Below, piece after piece: positions 35,317-45,275 of a DNA stretch of 64,000 bases; within the stretch, counting starts at the first letter, position 1, and each line of letters starts with the position of its first letter. Source of the stretch: an uncultured Alphaproteobacteria bacterium (lineage in GTDB: Bacteria; Pseudomonadota; Alphaproteobacteria; HIMB59; GCA-002718135); assembly GCA_902620425.1 (NCBI GenBank), contig CACNHX010000001.1, positions 414,903 through 478,902 of the forward strand, in the 5' to 3' direction. Below the pieces are notes generated by a model, which had not been told where the DNA came from, ran no database searches, and saw only the letters and a program-made list of their open reading frames with translations. The translations under genes were made by a program, and so were the position numbers.

Positions 35317-37551
35317 TTAATTTACTAATGGTTTTCCAGTTTCAAGTGTATGTTTTATTCGCTCTTGAGTTTTAGGCATCTGGATAAGTCTCATGAAAGC
35401 TTCCAATTCAAGATTATAAAGATCATCTTCACTTAATTCATTATCAATATTTGTATTTCCACCACTAAGTACAAAAGCAATTTGCTTACCTACTTCTAAC
35501 CCGTGGTCTAAGATTTTATTTTCATTATATAGTGCTTCAAGTTTTTCAAACATTTTATCTCTGACAGCACTACCGCCTAAATTGAATTTAGGTTGAGATG
35601 GTTTTTCATAATCTCCCTCAATATTATTTAATAAATCGATAGCTGTTGATAATTGTCTGTCTCTATTTATTACCACCTTATCCTTTTCTAAAAAGAATTG
35701 ATTTGGCAGCGCTTCATTTGGTGAGGTAGCAGTAATAGCATAACCAATAAGATCAAAAACTTTCATAGAAGCATGTTCAGAATTTTCTTTACCTTCTGGA
35801 GTTTGTAACCAACGCCACAGCATTTCCTTACAACCCCCACCAGCAGGAATGAGTCCAACTAAAGATTCAACTAGTCCAAGAACAACATTTGTATGAGCAA
35901 CGTTATAATCACAATGCAATACCACTTCAAAACCACCGCCAATAGCAAGTCCTGATGGCGCAGCAATAAAAGGCTTATCTGCATATTTTATTTTTTTACA
36001 CGTTTGTTGGAAATCAATTATAAATTTTTCAATTTTAGACCATTCATTATTTTTAGCAAATTCCATGACATAATTTAAATTTACACCAGCAGAAAATTGC
36101 ATTGCATCATTAATCACAATTGTGCTTTTATTATTTTGAGCAGCTTCTTTTAAAGCTAACATAGAGTCAGTATCTAAAGCGTTTGCCTTAGTAGTAAATT
36201 CAACAACCTGATATGATGAAGCATTTTTAATATTAGCAGAAGGGTTCTCAAAAGTTTTTTGTAAATTTAAAGATCTTAAATTATCAATACTTGATTCTAA
36301 ATATCCTGGTCTTTTTTTAAATTCAAAAACTCCCTTTAGATCTTTAAAGAAGTTAATATCAGTATTTTGATCAATAAAATTTTTTGTATCAATATTTGAA
36401 AGCATTTCAAAAGGGCCAACAGTCCAATTAAAACCTAATCTTAGTGCATCATCTATGTCTATATATTTTGATGATACATCAGGGATTAAATATGCAGCAT
36501 ACCTAATTACTTTTGTCAGAATTGATTTTGCATATTCACCATATTTGTCTTTTCTTTGAATGAGTTTATTTATGTCAATTTTATCTCCGATACCTAAATT
36601 AATTTTCTGACTTGGGTGATACTCGCCAGTTTCTAAATTAATTGCTTCAAGAATTTTTTTACCATCAGATTTATTCATTCTATAAAAACCACCCTTACCT
36701 TTTCTTCCTGTATACCCAGTCTCAATAAGTTTTGTGACCAATGGAATTTCTTGTGCAACCTCGTGGAAAGGATCTTCTTTTGGGAGTTCTTTGATAAAAC
36801 TTTTTAAAACATCAGCCATCAAATCGATACCAATTAAATCGTATAGCCCAAAAATTCCAGTCTTCGGGATACCCATTGGTCTTCCAAATACTGCATCAGC
36901 TTCTTCAATTGATATCTTCATTTTAAAAGCTTCAGTCATAGCAACTTGCATTGCATAAACTCCAATTCTGTTTCCAATAAATCCTGGAGTGTCGTTACAA
37001 ATAATGACACCTTTACCAAGTTTTTCATCACAAAATTGTTTTAATAAATTTATTTTTTCAATATCATTAACTTCTTCAGTTACTATCTCGAGCAATGCCA
37101 TATATCGAACTGGGTTAAAAAAATGGGTAATGCAAAAATTTTTTTTCATTTCATCTGACATATTTGCAGATAAGATTTTCAATGGAATTGTAGATGTATT
37201 AGATGAAATTATAGAATTGTTCTTTCTTGTAGTTTGAATTTTATCATAAATGTTATGTTTAATATCTATTCTCTCAACAACAGCCTCCACAACCCAATCA
37301 GCTTCTGCAACTTCATTAAAGTCATCCTCAATATTTCCAACCTTAATTAATTCTGCTTTGTTTTTTTCTACTAAAAGTGGAGGTCGTGATTTTATAATTC
37401 TTTCTTTAGCGTTTTCTGTAATTTGGTTTCTAGATCCTTCTTTTGAAGGTAAGTCTAGAAGTGTAACATCAATATTAGCATTTGCTATTTGGGCTGCGAT
37501 TCCACTGCCCATAGTGCCAGATCCTATTACTACTACTTTTTTAATATTCAT
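35317..37551 (-). CDS. 3-hydroxyacyl-CoA dehydrogenase/enoyl-CoA hydratase fusion (FadN-like)
   Basis: GSGTMGSGIA, EAVVE, SSNTSTIP, HFFNP, DTPGFIGNRIG; C-terminal crotonase domain (FSAGVNL, GGGFE). Confidence 0.88.
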   Translation of the reverse strand: MNIKKVVVIGSGTMGSGIAAQIANANIDVTLLDLPSKEGSRNQITENAKERIIKSRPPLLVEKNKAELIKVGNIEDDFNEVAEADWVVEAVVERIDIKHNIYDKIQTTRKNNSIISSNTSTIPLKILSANMSDEMKKNFCITHFFNPVRYMALLEIVTEEVNDIEKINLLKQFCDEKLGKGVIICNDTPGFIGNRIGVYAMQVAMTEAFKMKISIEEADAVFGRPMGIPKTGIFGLYDLIGIDLMADVLKSFIKELPKEDPFHEVAQEIPLVTKLIETGYTGRKGKGGFYRMNKSDGKKILEAINLETGEYHPSQKINLGIGDKIDINKLIQRKDKYGEYAKSILTKVIRYAAYLIPDVSSKYIDIDDALRLGFNWTVGPFEMLSNIDTKNFIDQNTDINFFKDLKGVFEFKKRPGYLESSIDNLRSLNLQKTFENPSANIKNASSYQVVEFTTKANALDTDSMLALKEAAQNNKSTIVINDAMQFSAGVNLNYVMEFAKNNEWSKIEKFIIDFQQTCKKIKYADKPFIAAPSGLAIGGGFEVVLHCDYNVAHTNVVLGLVESLVGLIPAGGGCKEMLWRWLQTPEGKENSEHASMKVFDLIGYAITATSPNEALPNQFFLEKDKVVINRDRQLSTAIDLLNNIEGDYEKPSQPKFNLGGSAVRDKMFEKLEALYNENKILDHGLEVGKQIAFVLSGGNTNIDNELSEDDLYNLELEAFMRLIQMPKTQERIKHTLETGKPLVN

Positions 37552-37655
37552 GTGAGTTCTATAAAGGTGAGCTTATATAAGAAAAATTTGCTGTATGAAA
37601 ATAATTTAAGCATAAGAGTGGAAATTAATATAAATATCTCTTATAGGCGCGCAAA

Positions 37656-39038
37656 ATGAAAAAAAATCCTTCAAGAAATGTCCATTTTTCAAAAGGACCT
37701 AGTGAGATTTTAGATGCAATTAATTCGTCTATAGATATCGATCAACGTCTGTATAAAGAAGATATAACTGGGTCAATAGCGCATGCTAGAATGCTAGGTA
37801 AACAAAAAATAATAAATAAAAAAGAACAAAGTGCAATAGTCTCTGGACTTAAAGCAATTGAAAGAGATATTGAAAAAAACAAGGTCGTATTTTCAAAAAA
37901 ACTTGAAGATATTCATATGAACATTGAAAGTTTATTATTTAAGAAAATTGGAAAAATTGCAGGAAAGCTTCATACTGCAAGATCTAGAAATGATCAGGTA
38001 GTAACTGATTTAAAATTATGGGTTAAAAAAGAATCTAAAATTTTAGATAGTGAACTAAAAAAATTTCAGAGAACTTTAATTAATATTGCAACAAAAAATA
38101 CTGAAACAATTATGCCAGGTTACACTCATTTACAGATTGCTCAACCAATAACATTGGCTCATCATGTTTTAGCTTACGTTGAAATGATTGGTAGAGACAG
38201 AACAAGACTTGAAGATTGTTTATATCGTCTTAATGAAAACCCATTAGGCGCAGCTGCACTTGCAGGGACTTCTTTTCCTATTGATAGAAAATATACAACT
38301 AAAAAGTTGGGATTTAGAGAGCCAACAAAAAATGCTATGGACACTGTCTCAGATAGAGACTTTGTAATAGAATTTTTATTTGTTCTATCACTAATTGCTG
38401 TTCATTTATCAAAAATAGCAGAGGAAATAGTACTTTGGTCAAATCAACAATTTAATTTTATCAATTTACCAGATGATCTTTCAACTGGTAGTTCAATTAT
38501 GCCTCAGAAAAAAAATCCAGATGGTGCAGAGCTTGTTAGAGGAAAAACAAGTATTATCATTAGTAATTTAAGTTCAATGCTTAATGTTATTAAAGGGTTA
38601 CCGCTTTCTTATAGTAAAGACTTACAAGACGATAAACAAATAACATTTAATTCATACGACAATGTTTCTTTATGTATTAAAGTTATGAATGAAATATTAT
38701 CAAAATCTACATTCAACAAAACTAGAATGAAAGAGTTGATTGATAATTCAAATGCAACCGCTACCGATTTGGCTAATTGGTTGGCTCAAAATCTTAAATA
38801 TTCATTTAGAGATGCTTATGTTGTTACAGGAAAGATTGTTTCTTATTGTTCAAAACAAGATAGAAACATAGATTCATTATCTCTTGGAGAATTAAAAAAA
38901 TTTGACAAAAATATAACAGCTGACGCAAAAAAAGTGCTATCAGCTACTAACAGTGTTAAATCAAAATCAAGTTTTGGGGGTACGGCTCCTGAAATTACTA
39001 AAAAAATTATAAAACTTGTTATAAAAAAATACTTATGA
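37656..39038 (+). CDS. argH: Argininosuccinate lyase
   Basis: HTARSRNDQ, MPGYTHLQ, GSSIMPQKKNPD. Confidence 0.96.
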   Translation: MKKNPSRNVHFSKGPSEILDAINSSIDIDQRLYKEDITGSIAHARMLGKQKIINKKEQSAIVSGLKAIERDIEKNKVVFSKKLEDIHMNIESLLFKKIGKIAGKLHTARSRNDQVVTDLKLWVKKESKILDSELKKFQRTLINIATKNTETIMPGYTHLQIAQPITLAHHVLAYVEMIGRDRTRLEDCLYRLNENPLGAAALAGTSFPIDRKYTTKKLGFREPTKNAMDTVSDRDFVIEFLFVLSLIAVHLSKIAEEIVLWSNQQFNFINLPDDLSTGSSIMPQKKNPDGAELVRGKTSIIISNLSSMLNVIKGLPLSYSKDLQDDKQITFNSYDNVSLCIKVMNEILSKSTFNKTRMKELIDNSNATATDLANWLAQNLKYSFRDAYVVTGKIVSYCSKQDRNIDSLSLGELKKFDKNITADAKKVLSATNSVKSKSSFGGTAPEITKKIIKLVIKKYL

Positions 39039-39223
39039 TGATCAGATTAATATTATTATCATTTCTATTGTTTACTTTTAGCTGTGGTAAAGTTGGTCCT
39101 TTAAGTTTGCCAGAAGATCAAGTAGACAAATCCGTAATTACATATCCATGTGATGAGGCATGTTTAGAGAAATTAGAAGAAGAGAAAAAACGTCAACAAT
39201 CCGTTATTATAAATACTGAATAA
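39035..39223 (+). CDS. Small lipoprotein (YifL/LptM-like)
   Basis: Lipobox then CGKVGPLSLP; typical position between argH and lysA. Confidence 0.75.
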   Translation: MMIRLILLSFLLFTFSCGKVGPLSLPEDQVDKSVITYPCDEACLEKLEEEKKRQQSVIINTE

Positions 39224-40465
39224 ATGCTCACTTATAAAAATAATGAACCGTATATTGAGGGTACTTCTTTATATGACTTAGTTAAAGTTTGTCAGACACC
39301 TTTTTATGTGTATTCACAACAAAAAATTATAAATCAAGTAAATAAAACTAAAGAAATTTTAGGTAACAACATTTTTTATTCAATTAAATCTAATTCAAAT
39401 CAAGCTATTTTGAAATTAATGAACTCGTTAGATATTGGAGCAGATGTAGTGTCAGTTGGTGAATTAAAAAGGGCCTTGGAAGCTGGTTTCGATCCAAAAA
39501 AAATAATTTTTGAAGGTGTTGGAAAATCTGAACAAGACTTACTCTATGCTATGCATAAAAATATACGTTTAATTAATACTGAATCTTTAGAAGAAATAAA
39601 ACTACTCGATAATTTAGCAAATGAAAAAAATAAAAACGTTGATATTGGTGTTAGACTTAATCCAGATGTTGATGGTGAGACTTTAAGTAAAATTTCAACA
39701 GGAAAAAAAACTGATAAGTTTGGTATTGAATTTGAAAATTTAGATAAAATTATCAAATTAGTTAAAAGTTGTAAAAATTTAAATTTAATTGGTATTAGTT
39801 GTCATATTGGAAGTCAAATTAGTAAAATTGAGGCATATAAAAATACGTTTTCTCAAATGAAAATGGCTGCAAATAAGTTTATTGAATCAGGTATTAATAT
39901 CAAGCATGTAGATTTGGGTGGAGGTTTTCATGTTAAATATGAAGAATCTGATCCTGATTTTAATATTGAGATGGTAAAAGAAGAACTTGATAATTGTTTT
40001 ACGCAAACAAACTATGAATTATCGTTTGAGCCTGGTAGGTATTTAATTGCTGAGGCTGGAGTTATAGTTACCTCTATTCTTACAATTAAGAATAATGGAG
40101 GTATAAATTATTTAATTGTTGATGCTGGTATGAATACATTGATACGTCCAGCGATGTATGGTGCACATCATGAAATATCAGCGATAAATGTAAACTCAGA
40201 GGAATTTATGGATTATGCTATTGCTGGTCCTATTTGTGAAAGTTCAGATGTTTTTTTAAAAAATATTAAATTGGCTAAACAAAAAATTGGCAATCTACTG
40301 GTTATAAAAAATACAGGAGCCTATGGAAAAGTAATGTCTTCAAATTATAACGGTAGACCACTGCCCTCTGAAATTTTAGTACACAATGATAATTATGCAA
40401 TTATTTATTCTCCAGAGAAAATTGAGAAAACAATTGAAGCTGATATTATTCCTAGCTGGTTGTAA
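39224..40465 (+). CDS. lysA: Diaminopimelate decarboxylase
   Basis: YSIKSN (PLP Lys), CHIGSQ, DLGGG, EPGR, GPICESSD, GAYG. Confidence 0.94.
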   Translation: MLTYKNNEPYIEGTSLYDLVKVCQTPFYVYSQQKIINQVNKTKEILGNNIFYSIKSNSNQAILKLMNSLDIGADVVSVGELKRALEAGFDPKKIIFEGVGKSEQDLLYAMHKNIRLINTESLEEIKLLDNLANEKNKNVDIGVRLNPDVDGETLSKISTGKKTDKFGIEFENLDKIIKLVKSCKNLNLIGISCHIGSQISKIEAYKNTFSQMKMAANKFIESGINIKHVDLGGGFHVKYEESDPDFNIEMVKEELDNCFTQTNYELSFEPGRYLIAEAGVIVTSILTIKNNGGINYLIVDAGMNTLIRPAMYGAHHEISAINVNSEEFMDYAIAGPICESSDVFLKNIKLAKQKIGNLLVIKNTGAYGKVMSSNYNGRPLPSEILVHNDNYAIIYSPEKIEKTIEADIIPSWL

Positions 40466-40909
40466 CTAATTTAAAGTATTGTGTATAATTTTAGCTAAGT
40501 CTGAAATTATCAAATTTAAATTAAAGAAAAATTCCCTAATATAGAAATCAATAATAATAAAAGTATTTACACCGTAGGATCGATAAATCCATATTGCTAA
40601 AATTACAACTATAGCTAGAGCAATTACTATCGTTGAATTAATAACACTTGGTTTTTCTTGTCTTACAACTGTGCTTGGTAAATTTCTGACTGGATCTTTT
40701 TCTAATTTTTCTTTTTGGTTATTATTTTTTATATTTTGATCTAATTCTTCTTTTTTTGTAGATGGGACTGATGATGTAATGTCAGTATCATCTAATTCTT
40801 GAAACCATTGATGATTACAATTTGCGCATTCAACCATTCTACCATTTGGTTTAAGATCTGCAGAATTTACTAAATACTTGAATTCACAATTAGAGCAAAC
40901 AATGAACAT
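40466..40909 (-). CDS. MJ0042-type zinc-ribbon domain membrane protein
   Basis: CSNC...VECANCNHQW and one TM helix. Strand verified as minus. Confidence 0.8.
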   Translation of the reverse strand: MFIVCSNCEFKYLVNSADLKPNGRMVECANCNHQWFQELDDTDITSSVPSTKKEELDQNIKNNNQKEKLEKDPVRNLPSTVVRQEKPSVINSTIVIALAIVVILAIWIYRSYGVNTFIIIDFYIREFFFNLNLIISDLAKIIHNTLN

Positions 40910-40959
40910 AAATTATATATAGATCAGTCAGGCTAGTATATAAAACAAAATCATTAAGT

Positions 40960-41667
40960 ATGTTAATTTTAAAAAGTATAATATTTTATATTTCCTTGGT
41001 TATCTGGACTGTGTTGATGGGTATTGTATGTTTACCTTTTCTCTTATTACCAAGTTATTTACTTAAATATCCAACAAAACTTTGGATACGTATTATTTTT
41101 GTTTTTCTTAATCTTATATGTAATATTAAACATAAAATTGAGGGTTTAGAAAATATTCCAAATGAAAGTGTCTTAATTACGTCTAAACATCAGTCCGCAT
41201 TTGAGACACTTGCACTCTATTACTATTTAAAAGATTGTTTCTTTATCCATAAAAGAGAGCTTTTCTTTATACCAATTTTTGGACAATATTTATTCAAGTC
41301 TAATATGGTTGCAATTAATAGAGATGGTGGAACAAAAGCTATGAGAGATATGTTACAAAAAGTTCAATCAAAATTATCTTTTGGATCTTCAATTATTATT
41401 TTCCCCGAGGGAACAAGAAAGCTGCCTGGGAGCAAACCTGATTATAAGACAGGTTTTATTGGAATTTATAATCATACGAAAAGAAAAATCCTTCCTGTAG
41501 CTTTAAATTCAGGTTTATGTTGGCCAAAACAATCATGGGTACTAGAAAAAGGATTAATTACTATAAAATTTTTACCGACGATTGATGAAGGTTTAGATAA
41601 AAAAGTTTTATTAAACGAAGTTCAAAATAGAATAGAAACTGCTTCAAATTTATTATTGGATAACTAA
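40960..41667 (+). CDS. plsC: 1-acyl-sn-glycerol-3-phosphate acyltransferase
   Basis: KHQSAFET (HxxxxD/E), IFPEGTR, PVALNSG. Confidence 0.88.
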   Translation: MLILKSIIFYISLVIWTVLMGIVCLPFLLLPSYLLKYPTKLWIRIIFVFLNLICNIKHKIEGLENIPNESVLITSKHQSAFETLALYYYLKDCFFIHKRELFFIPIFGQYLFKSNMVAINRDGGTKAMRDMLQKVQSKLSFGSSIIIFPEGTRKLPGSKPDYKTGFIGIYNHTKRKILPVALNSGLCWPKQSWVLEKGLITIKFLPTIDEGLDKKVLLNEVQNRIETASNLLLDN

Positions 41668-42575
41668 TTCTTTTCTGTGGGATCAAAAGTTCCTGCTTGA
41701 CCAATCTCTTCAATAATTTTTCTAATTTCTTTTGATTTTATAAATTTTTCTTCCAAATATTTTAAATCATTATTTCTTATTGCTTTTTGATAAGTAAGTA
41801 GATCTTCACTGAAACGACCAAGCATTTCTAAAACGGCTTCTTTATTTTTTTCATAAACATCACGCCACATTACTGGATCACTACCTGCCAATCTTGTGAA
41901 ATCTCTAAAACCTGCAGCTGAATACTTAATTACTTCATCTTTCATTTGAGATTCAAGCTCTGTTGCAGTTCCTACGACAGAATATGCAATGAGTTGTGGA
42001 ATATGAGATGTCATAGCTAGTACTCTGTCATGACGTTTAGGTTCCATGATTTCTATATTCATTCCAAATGACTCCCAAATATCTGAAATTGATCTTGTTA
42101 TCTCACTCTGAGTTTCTATTGGGGTCAAAATACAATACCTATTTTCAAACAGCTTTGCGAAACCAAATTCTGGTCCGCTTTTCTCTAATCCTGCAATAGG
42201 GTGAGCAGGAACAAATAAAATTTTTTTATTATTAATTGATTCTTTAAAATCTTCTATAACACTTACTTTTGTTGAACCAACATCTGTTACTAGTGTTGTT
42301 TTATTAACATAGCTATTCAATTGCTTAAATATATCCCTATATGAGCTCAAAGGCGTACAAATAAAAATAATATCAAATTGTTGATTATATTTATTTAAAT
42401 CACTCTCTATTGCATCCACAAGATTTAAATTTTTTGAAATATTTATTACCTCACTATCTCTATCAATAGCAAAAATTTTTTTTGATATTTGTTTTTCCTT
42501 GATTGCCCTAACTATGGATGATCCAATTAATCCCATACCAATGACCAGAGCTGAATCATAAGTTATTTTAGACAT
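41664..42575 (-). CDS. tyrC: Prephenate/arogenate (cyclohexadienyl) dehydrogenase
   Basis: IGMGLIGSS, TDVGSTK, HPIAGLEKSG, HDRVLAMTSHIPQ, GFRDFTRLA. Confidence 0.9.
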   Translation of the reverse strand: MSKITYDSALVIGMGLIGSSIVRAIKEKQISKKIFAIDRDSEVINISKNLNLVDAIESDLNKYNQQFDIIFICTPLSSYRDIFKQLNSYVNKTTLVTDVGSTKVSVIEDFKESINNKKILFVPAHPIAGLEKSGPEFGFAKLFENRYCILTPIETQSEITRSISDIWESFGMNIEIMEPKRHDRVLAMTSHIPQLIAYSVVGTATELESQMKDEVIKYSAAGFRDFTRLAGSDPVMWRDVYEKNKEAVLEMLGRFSEDLLTYQKAIRNNDLKYLEEKFIKSKEIRKIIEEIGQAGTFDPTEKN

Positions 42576-43917
42576 TAAATTTCTTCAAACTTTCAACTGT
42601 CAAATCCATTTCTTCTTTTGTACCAATACTAATTCTCAAAAAATTGGGCAGATTATAACTATTTAAACGCCTTATAATAATGCCATCATTCATAAGATGA
42701 TTACTAATTTTCTCAGCTTCTTCTTCTGAAGTTTCAATTAAAGTAAAATTACCTTCAGTTTGTCTGGTTTTAATATTTAGGAGTTTGAGCTCTTTTTCAA
42801 ACCAATCTTTAATTTCAGAATTTAATTTAACAGAGTTTTCAATATGTTCTTTATCCTCCAAAGCTTTAATTGCAAGAGACTGTGAAATAGTTGTCGTATT
42901 AAAAGGAGGTTTTATTTTATTAATTATATCAGCTATTTTTTGACTGGTATAACACCAGCCTACTCTTAAAGCTGCGAGTCCATATGTTTTTGAAAATGTT
43001 CTTGTTAAAATAATATTCTCATATTCATCCGTTAAACTAAATCCTTTATCATAATCGTCTTTTTGCACATATTCGACATATGCTCCGTCTATAACAACTA
43101 TAATATTTTTAGAAATACTATTCATTAATTTAACAAGTTGGTCTCTAGACAAATAAGTGCCGGTTGGATTATTAGGTGATGCAATATAAATTACTTTGGT
43201 AGCGTCATTTGTTTGATCTATGAGATTTTCAATATTTAAATTGAAATTTACATCTTCCTTAATTTTTTTTGGAACTGCACCAACTACTTTACTGACAATT
43301 GAATACATCTCAAAGCCGTGGTTTGCGTGGAGAATTTCATCGCCATCTTGACAAAATGCCAAAGCTGCAAATAATAAAACTTCATCTGAGCCAGAGCCAA
43401 GAATAATTCTATTATTATCAATAGAAAAATTTTTAGCTATTGCTTCTCTTAATGATGATCCATCAATTTCTGGGTATCTATGTAAATCATGATTAATATT
43501 TTTTGTTTCCAACAATTCAATTGCTTTCGGTGAAGCACCATAGGGATTTTCATTTGAAGAAAGTTTGATAACTCTTTTATTGTTATTTAACTTTGCCTTA
43601 CCACCTTTATAAACATTAATGTTTTCTATAGATCTTTTTGATTGAATATTTTCTTTAGTTAACTTTTGAAGTTTTTCAGAAGATTGAAAAATTTCTCTCC
43701 AAAGTCTAACGATAGTATCTTTTGGATAAGATCCTGTAAATTTAGAACTTAATCTGTCGAGAATTTTTTGTTCTCTATCTAGATCAACAACTGAATTATC
43801 TTTTTTGTGTTTTCCTATTTCTAAAACAATTTTAGATCGATTAGATAATAAAGATAAAATTTCATCATCAATGTTATTAATTTTGCTTCTTAAATTGTCT
43901 AATTCTTTATTTTTCAT
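42568..43917 (-). CDS. hisC: Chorismate mutase (AroQ-type) fused to histidinol-phosphate/aromatic aminotransferase
   Basis: N-terminal LRSKINNIDDEILSLLSNR...DREQKIL, then KLSSNENP, PNNPTG, DGAY, RTFSKTYGLAALRVGW in one ORF. Start refined to ATG 43917. Confidence 0.85.
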   Translation of the reverse strand: MKNKELDNLRSKINNIDDEILSLLSNRSKIVLEIGKHKKDNSVVDLDREQKILDRLSSKFTGSYPKDTIVRLWREIFQSSEKLQKLTKENIQSKRSIENINVYKGGKAKLNNNKRVIKLSSNENPYGASPKAIELLETKNINHDLHRYPEIDGSSLREAIAKNFSIDNNRIILGSGSDEVLLFAALAFCQDGDEILHANHGFEMYSIVSKVVGAVPKKIKEDVNFNLNIENLIDQTNDATKVIYIASPNNPTGTYLSRDQLVKLMNSISKNIIVVIDGAYVEYVQKDDYDKGFSLTDEYENIILTRTFSKTYGLAALRVGWCYTSQKIADIINKIKPPFNTTTISQSLAIKALEDKEHIENSVKLNSEIKDWFEKELKLLNIKTRQTEGNFTLIETSEEEAEKISNHLMNDGIIIRRLNSYNLPNFLRISIGTKEEMDLTVESLKKFNV

Positions 43918-43995
43918 AATTTTGGACGTTTCTTTACAAACTATCTTACGATAAATCAAAATAAAGTAGTATTTAATTTAAAAAATGACGATTTA

Positions 43996-44023
43996 TTGAC
44001 TTAGAAAGATATATAAATATAAG
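43996..44023 (+). promoter_or_regulatory. Putative sigma70 promoter for the riboswitch-metXW transcript
   Basis: TTGACT (43996-44001), 16 bp spacer, TATAAG (44018-44023), just upstream of the aptamer. Confidence 0.45.
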
Positions 44024-44030
44024 ACCAATT

Positions 44031-44079
44031 ATCACCGATTTGAGACAGCTTGCGGGTGGAGCAATAATCAGCTAAAGCG
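44031..44079 (+). ncRNA. SAM-II (SAM-alpha)-like riboswitch aptamer
   Basis: TCACC-GATTTGA...CTTGC-GGGTGG...GCTAAA matches the SAM-II pseudoknot pattern and lies directly upstream of metX. Confidence 0.78.
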
Positions 44080-44126
44080 TTTACACTCCTCCTTCATTCT
44101 TTCAAATAGTGTTAGACTAAAAAGAT

Positions 44127-45275
44127 ATGAAAACAAAATTTACTACTGACACAAAACTTGAAAGCGAAATAGCCTATTTCCAGAATATTAATTTAAAACT
44201 AGAATCAGGAGATATAATAGATAGTTTTAAACTAGCATTCAAAACATATGGCAAATTAAATCCTGATAAAACTAATGCTATTCTTGTTTGCCATGCTTTA
44301 ACTGGAGATCAATATGTTGCTGGGAATAATCCCATTACTGGGAGAGAAGGTTGGTGGTCTAGAATGGTTGGGCCTAATAAACCAATTGATACAAACAAAT
44401 TTTTTGTAATTTGCTCAAATGTACTCGGCGGTTGTGCTGGCTCAACGGGTCCTAAAGAGTTACAAAATGGAAGTGATATTGCATATGGTGGTAATTTTCC
44501 TTCCGTAACAATAAAAGATATGGTGAAGGCTCAATCTTTATTGATTGAAAATTTAAATATAGAGAAGTTATTTTCTGTCATTGGTGGTTCGATGGGAGCA
44601 ATGCAAGCGCTTCAATGGGCAATCGATTTTCCAGATAAAATTTTAAATATAATACATATTGCGGGCGCGTTAAAACATTCGGCTCAAAATATTGCATTTC
44701 ATGAAGTTGGGCGACAGGCAATAATGAGTGATCCTATTTGGAAAAATGGAAAGTATTTTGAAAATAATGAAGTGCCAGAAAGAGGTCTATCAGTAGCAAG
44801 AATGATTGCGCATATCACATATTTATCCGAAAATGCAATGCATAGAAAATTTGGAAGAAAACTTCAATCAAGAGATATTATTTCTTTTGGATTTGATGCT
44901 GATTTTCAAGTTGAGAGTTATCTGAGATATCAAGGTAAATCATTTGTTGAAAGATTTGATGCAAATTCATATCTTTATTTAACAAGGGCTATGGATTATT
45001 TTGATCATGATGAAACATTTAGAAAAAATATTGAGTTTAGTCATAATCCAAATAATCATTTAAAATATTTAATTGTCTCATTTACCTCGGATTGGTTATT
45101 CCCTACAATAGAAAGTAAAATGATTGTAAATCAATTAAATTCTCTATCAAGAGAAGTAAGCTTTCTAGAAATTGATACTGATAAAGGGCATGATAGTTTT
45201 TTATTAGAGGAACCACAGTTAGATGATGTAATAAAAGGTTTCCTAACAAACAACTTTGCGAAAATAGATGAATAA
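44127..45275 (+). CDS. metX: Homoserine O-acetyltransferase
   Basis: CHALTGD, GGSMGAMQA, RFDANSYL, SDWLFP, GHDSFLL. Confidence 0.93.
   Translation: MKTKFTTDTKLESEIAYFQNINLKLESGDIIDSFKLAFKTYGKLNPDKTNAILVCHALTGDQYVAGNNPITGREGWWSRMVGPNKPIDTNKFFVICSNVLGGCAGSTGPKELQNGSDIAYGGNFPSVTIKDMVKAQSLLIENLNIEKLFSVIGGSMGAMQALQWAIDFPDKILNIIHIAGALKHSAQNIAFHEVGRQAIMSDPIWKNGKYFENNEVPERGLSVARMIAHITYLSENAMHRKFGRKLQSRDIISFGFDADFQVESYLRYQGKSFVERFDANSYLYLTRAMDYFDHDETFRKNIEFSHNPNNHLKYLIVSFTSDWLFPTIESKMIVNQLNSLSREVSFLEIDTDKGHDSFLLEEPQLDDVIKGFLTNNFAKIDE

Noticed and set aside
10226-40909. Plus-strand labels in the ORF track for 10226, 11303, 12547, 19298, 19679, 31520 and 40466
   Set aside because: The DNA shows CAT at the high coordinate and the listed proteins translate from the reverse complement; all are minus-strand genes.
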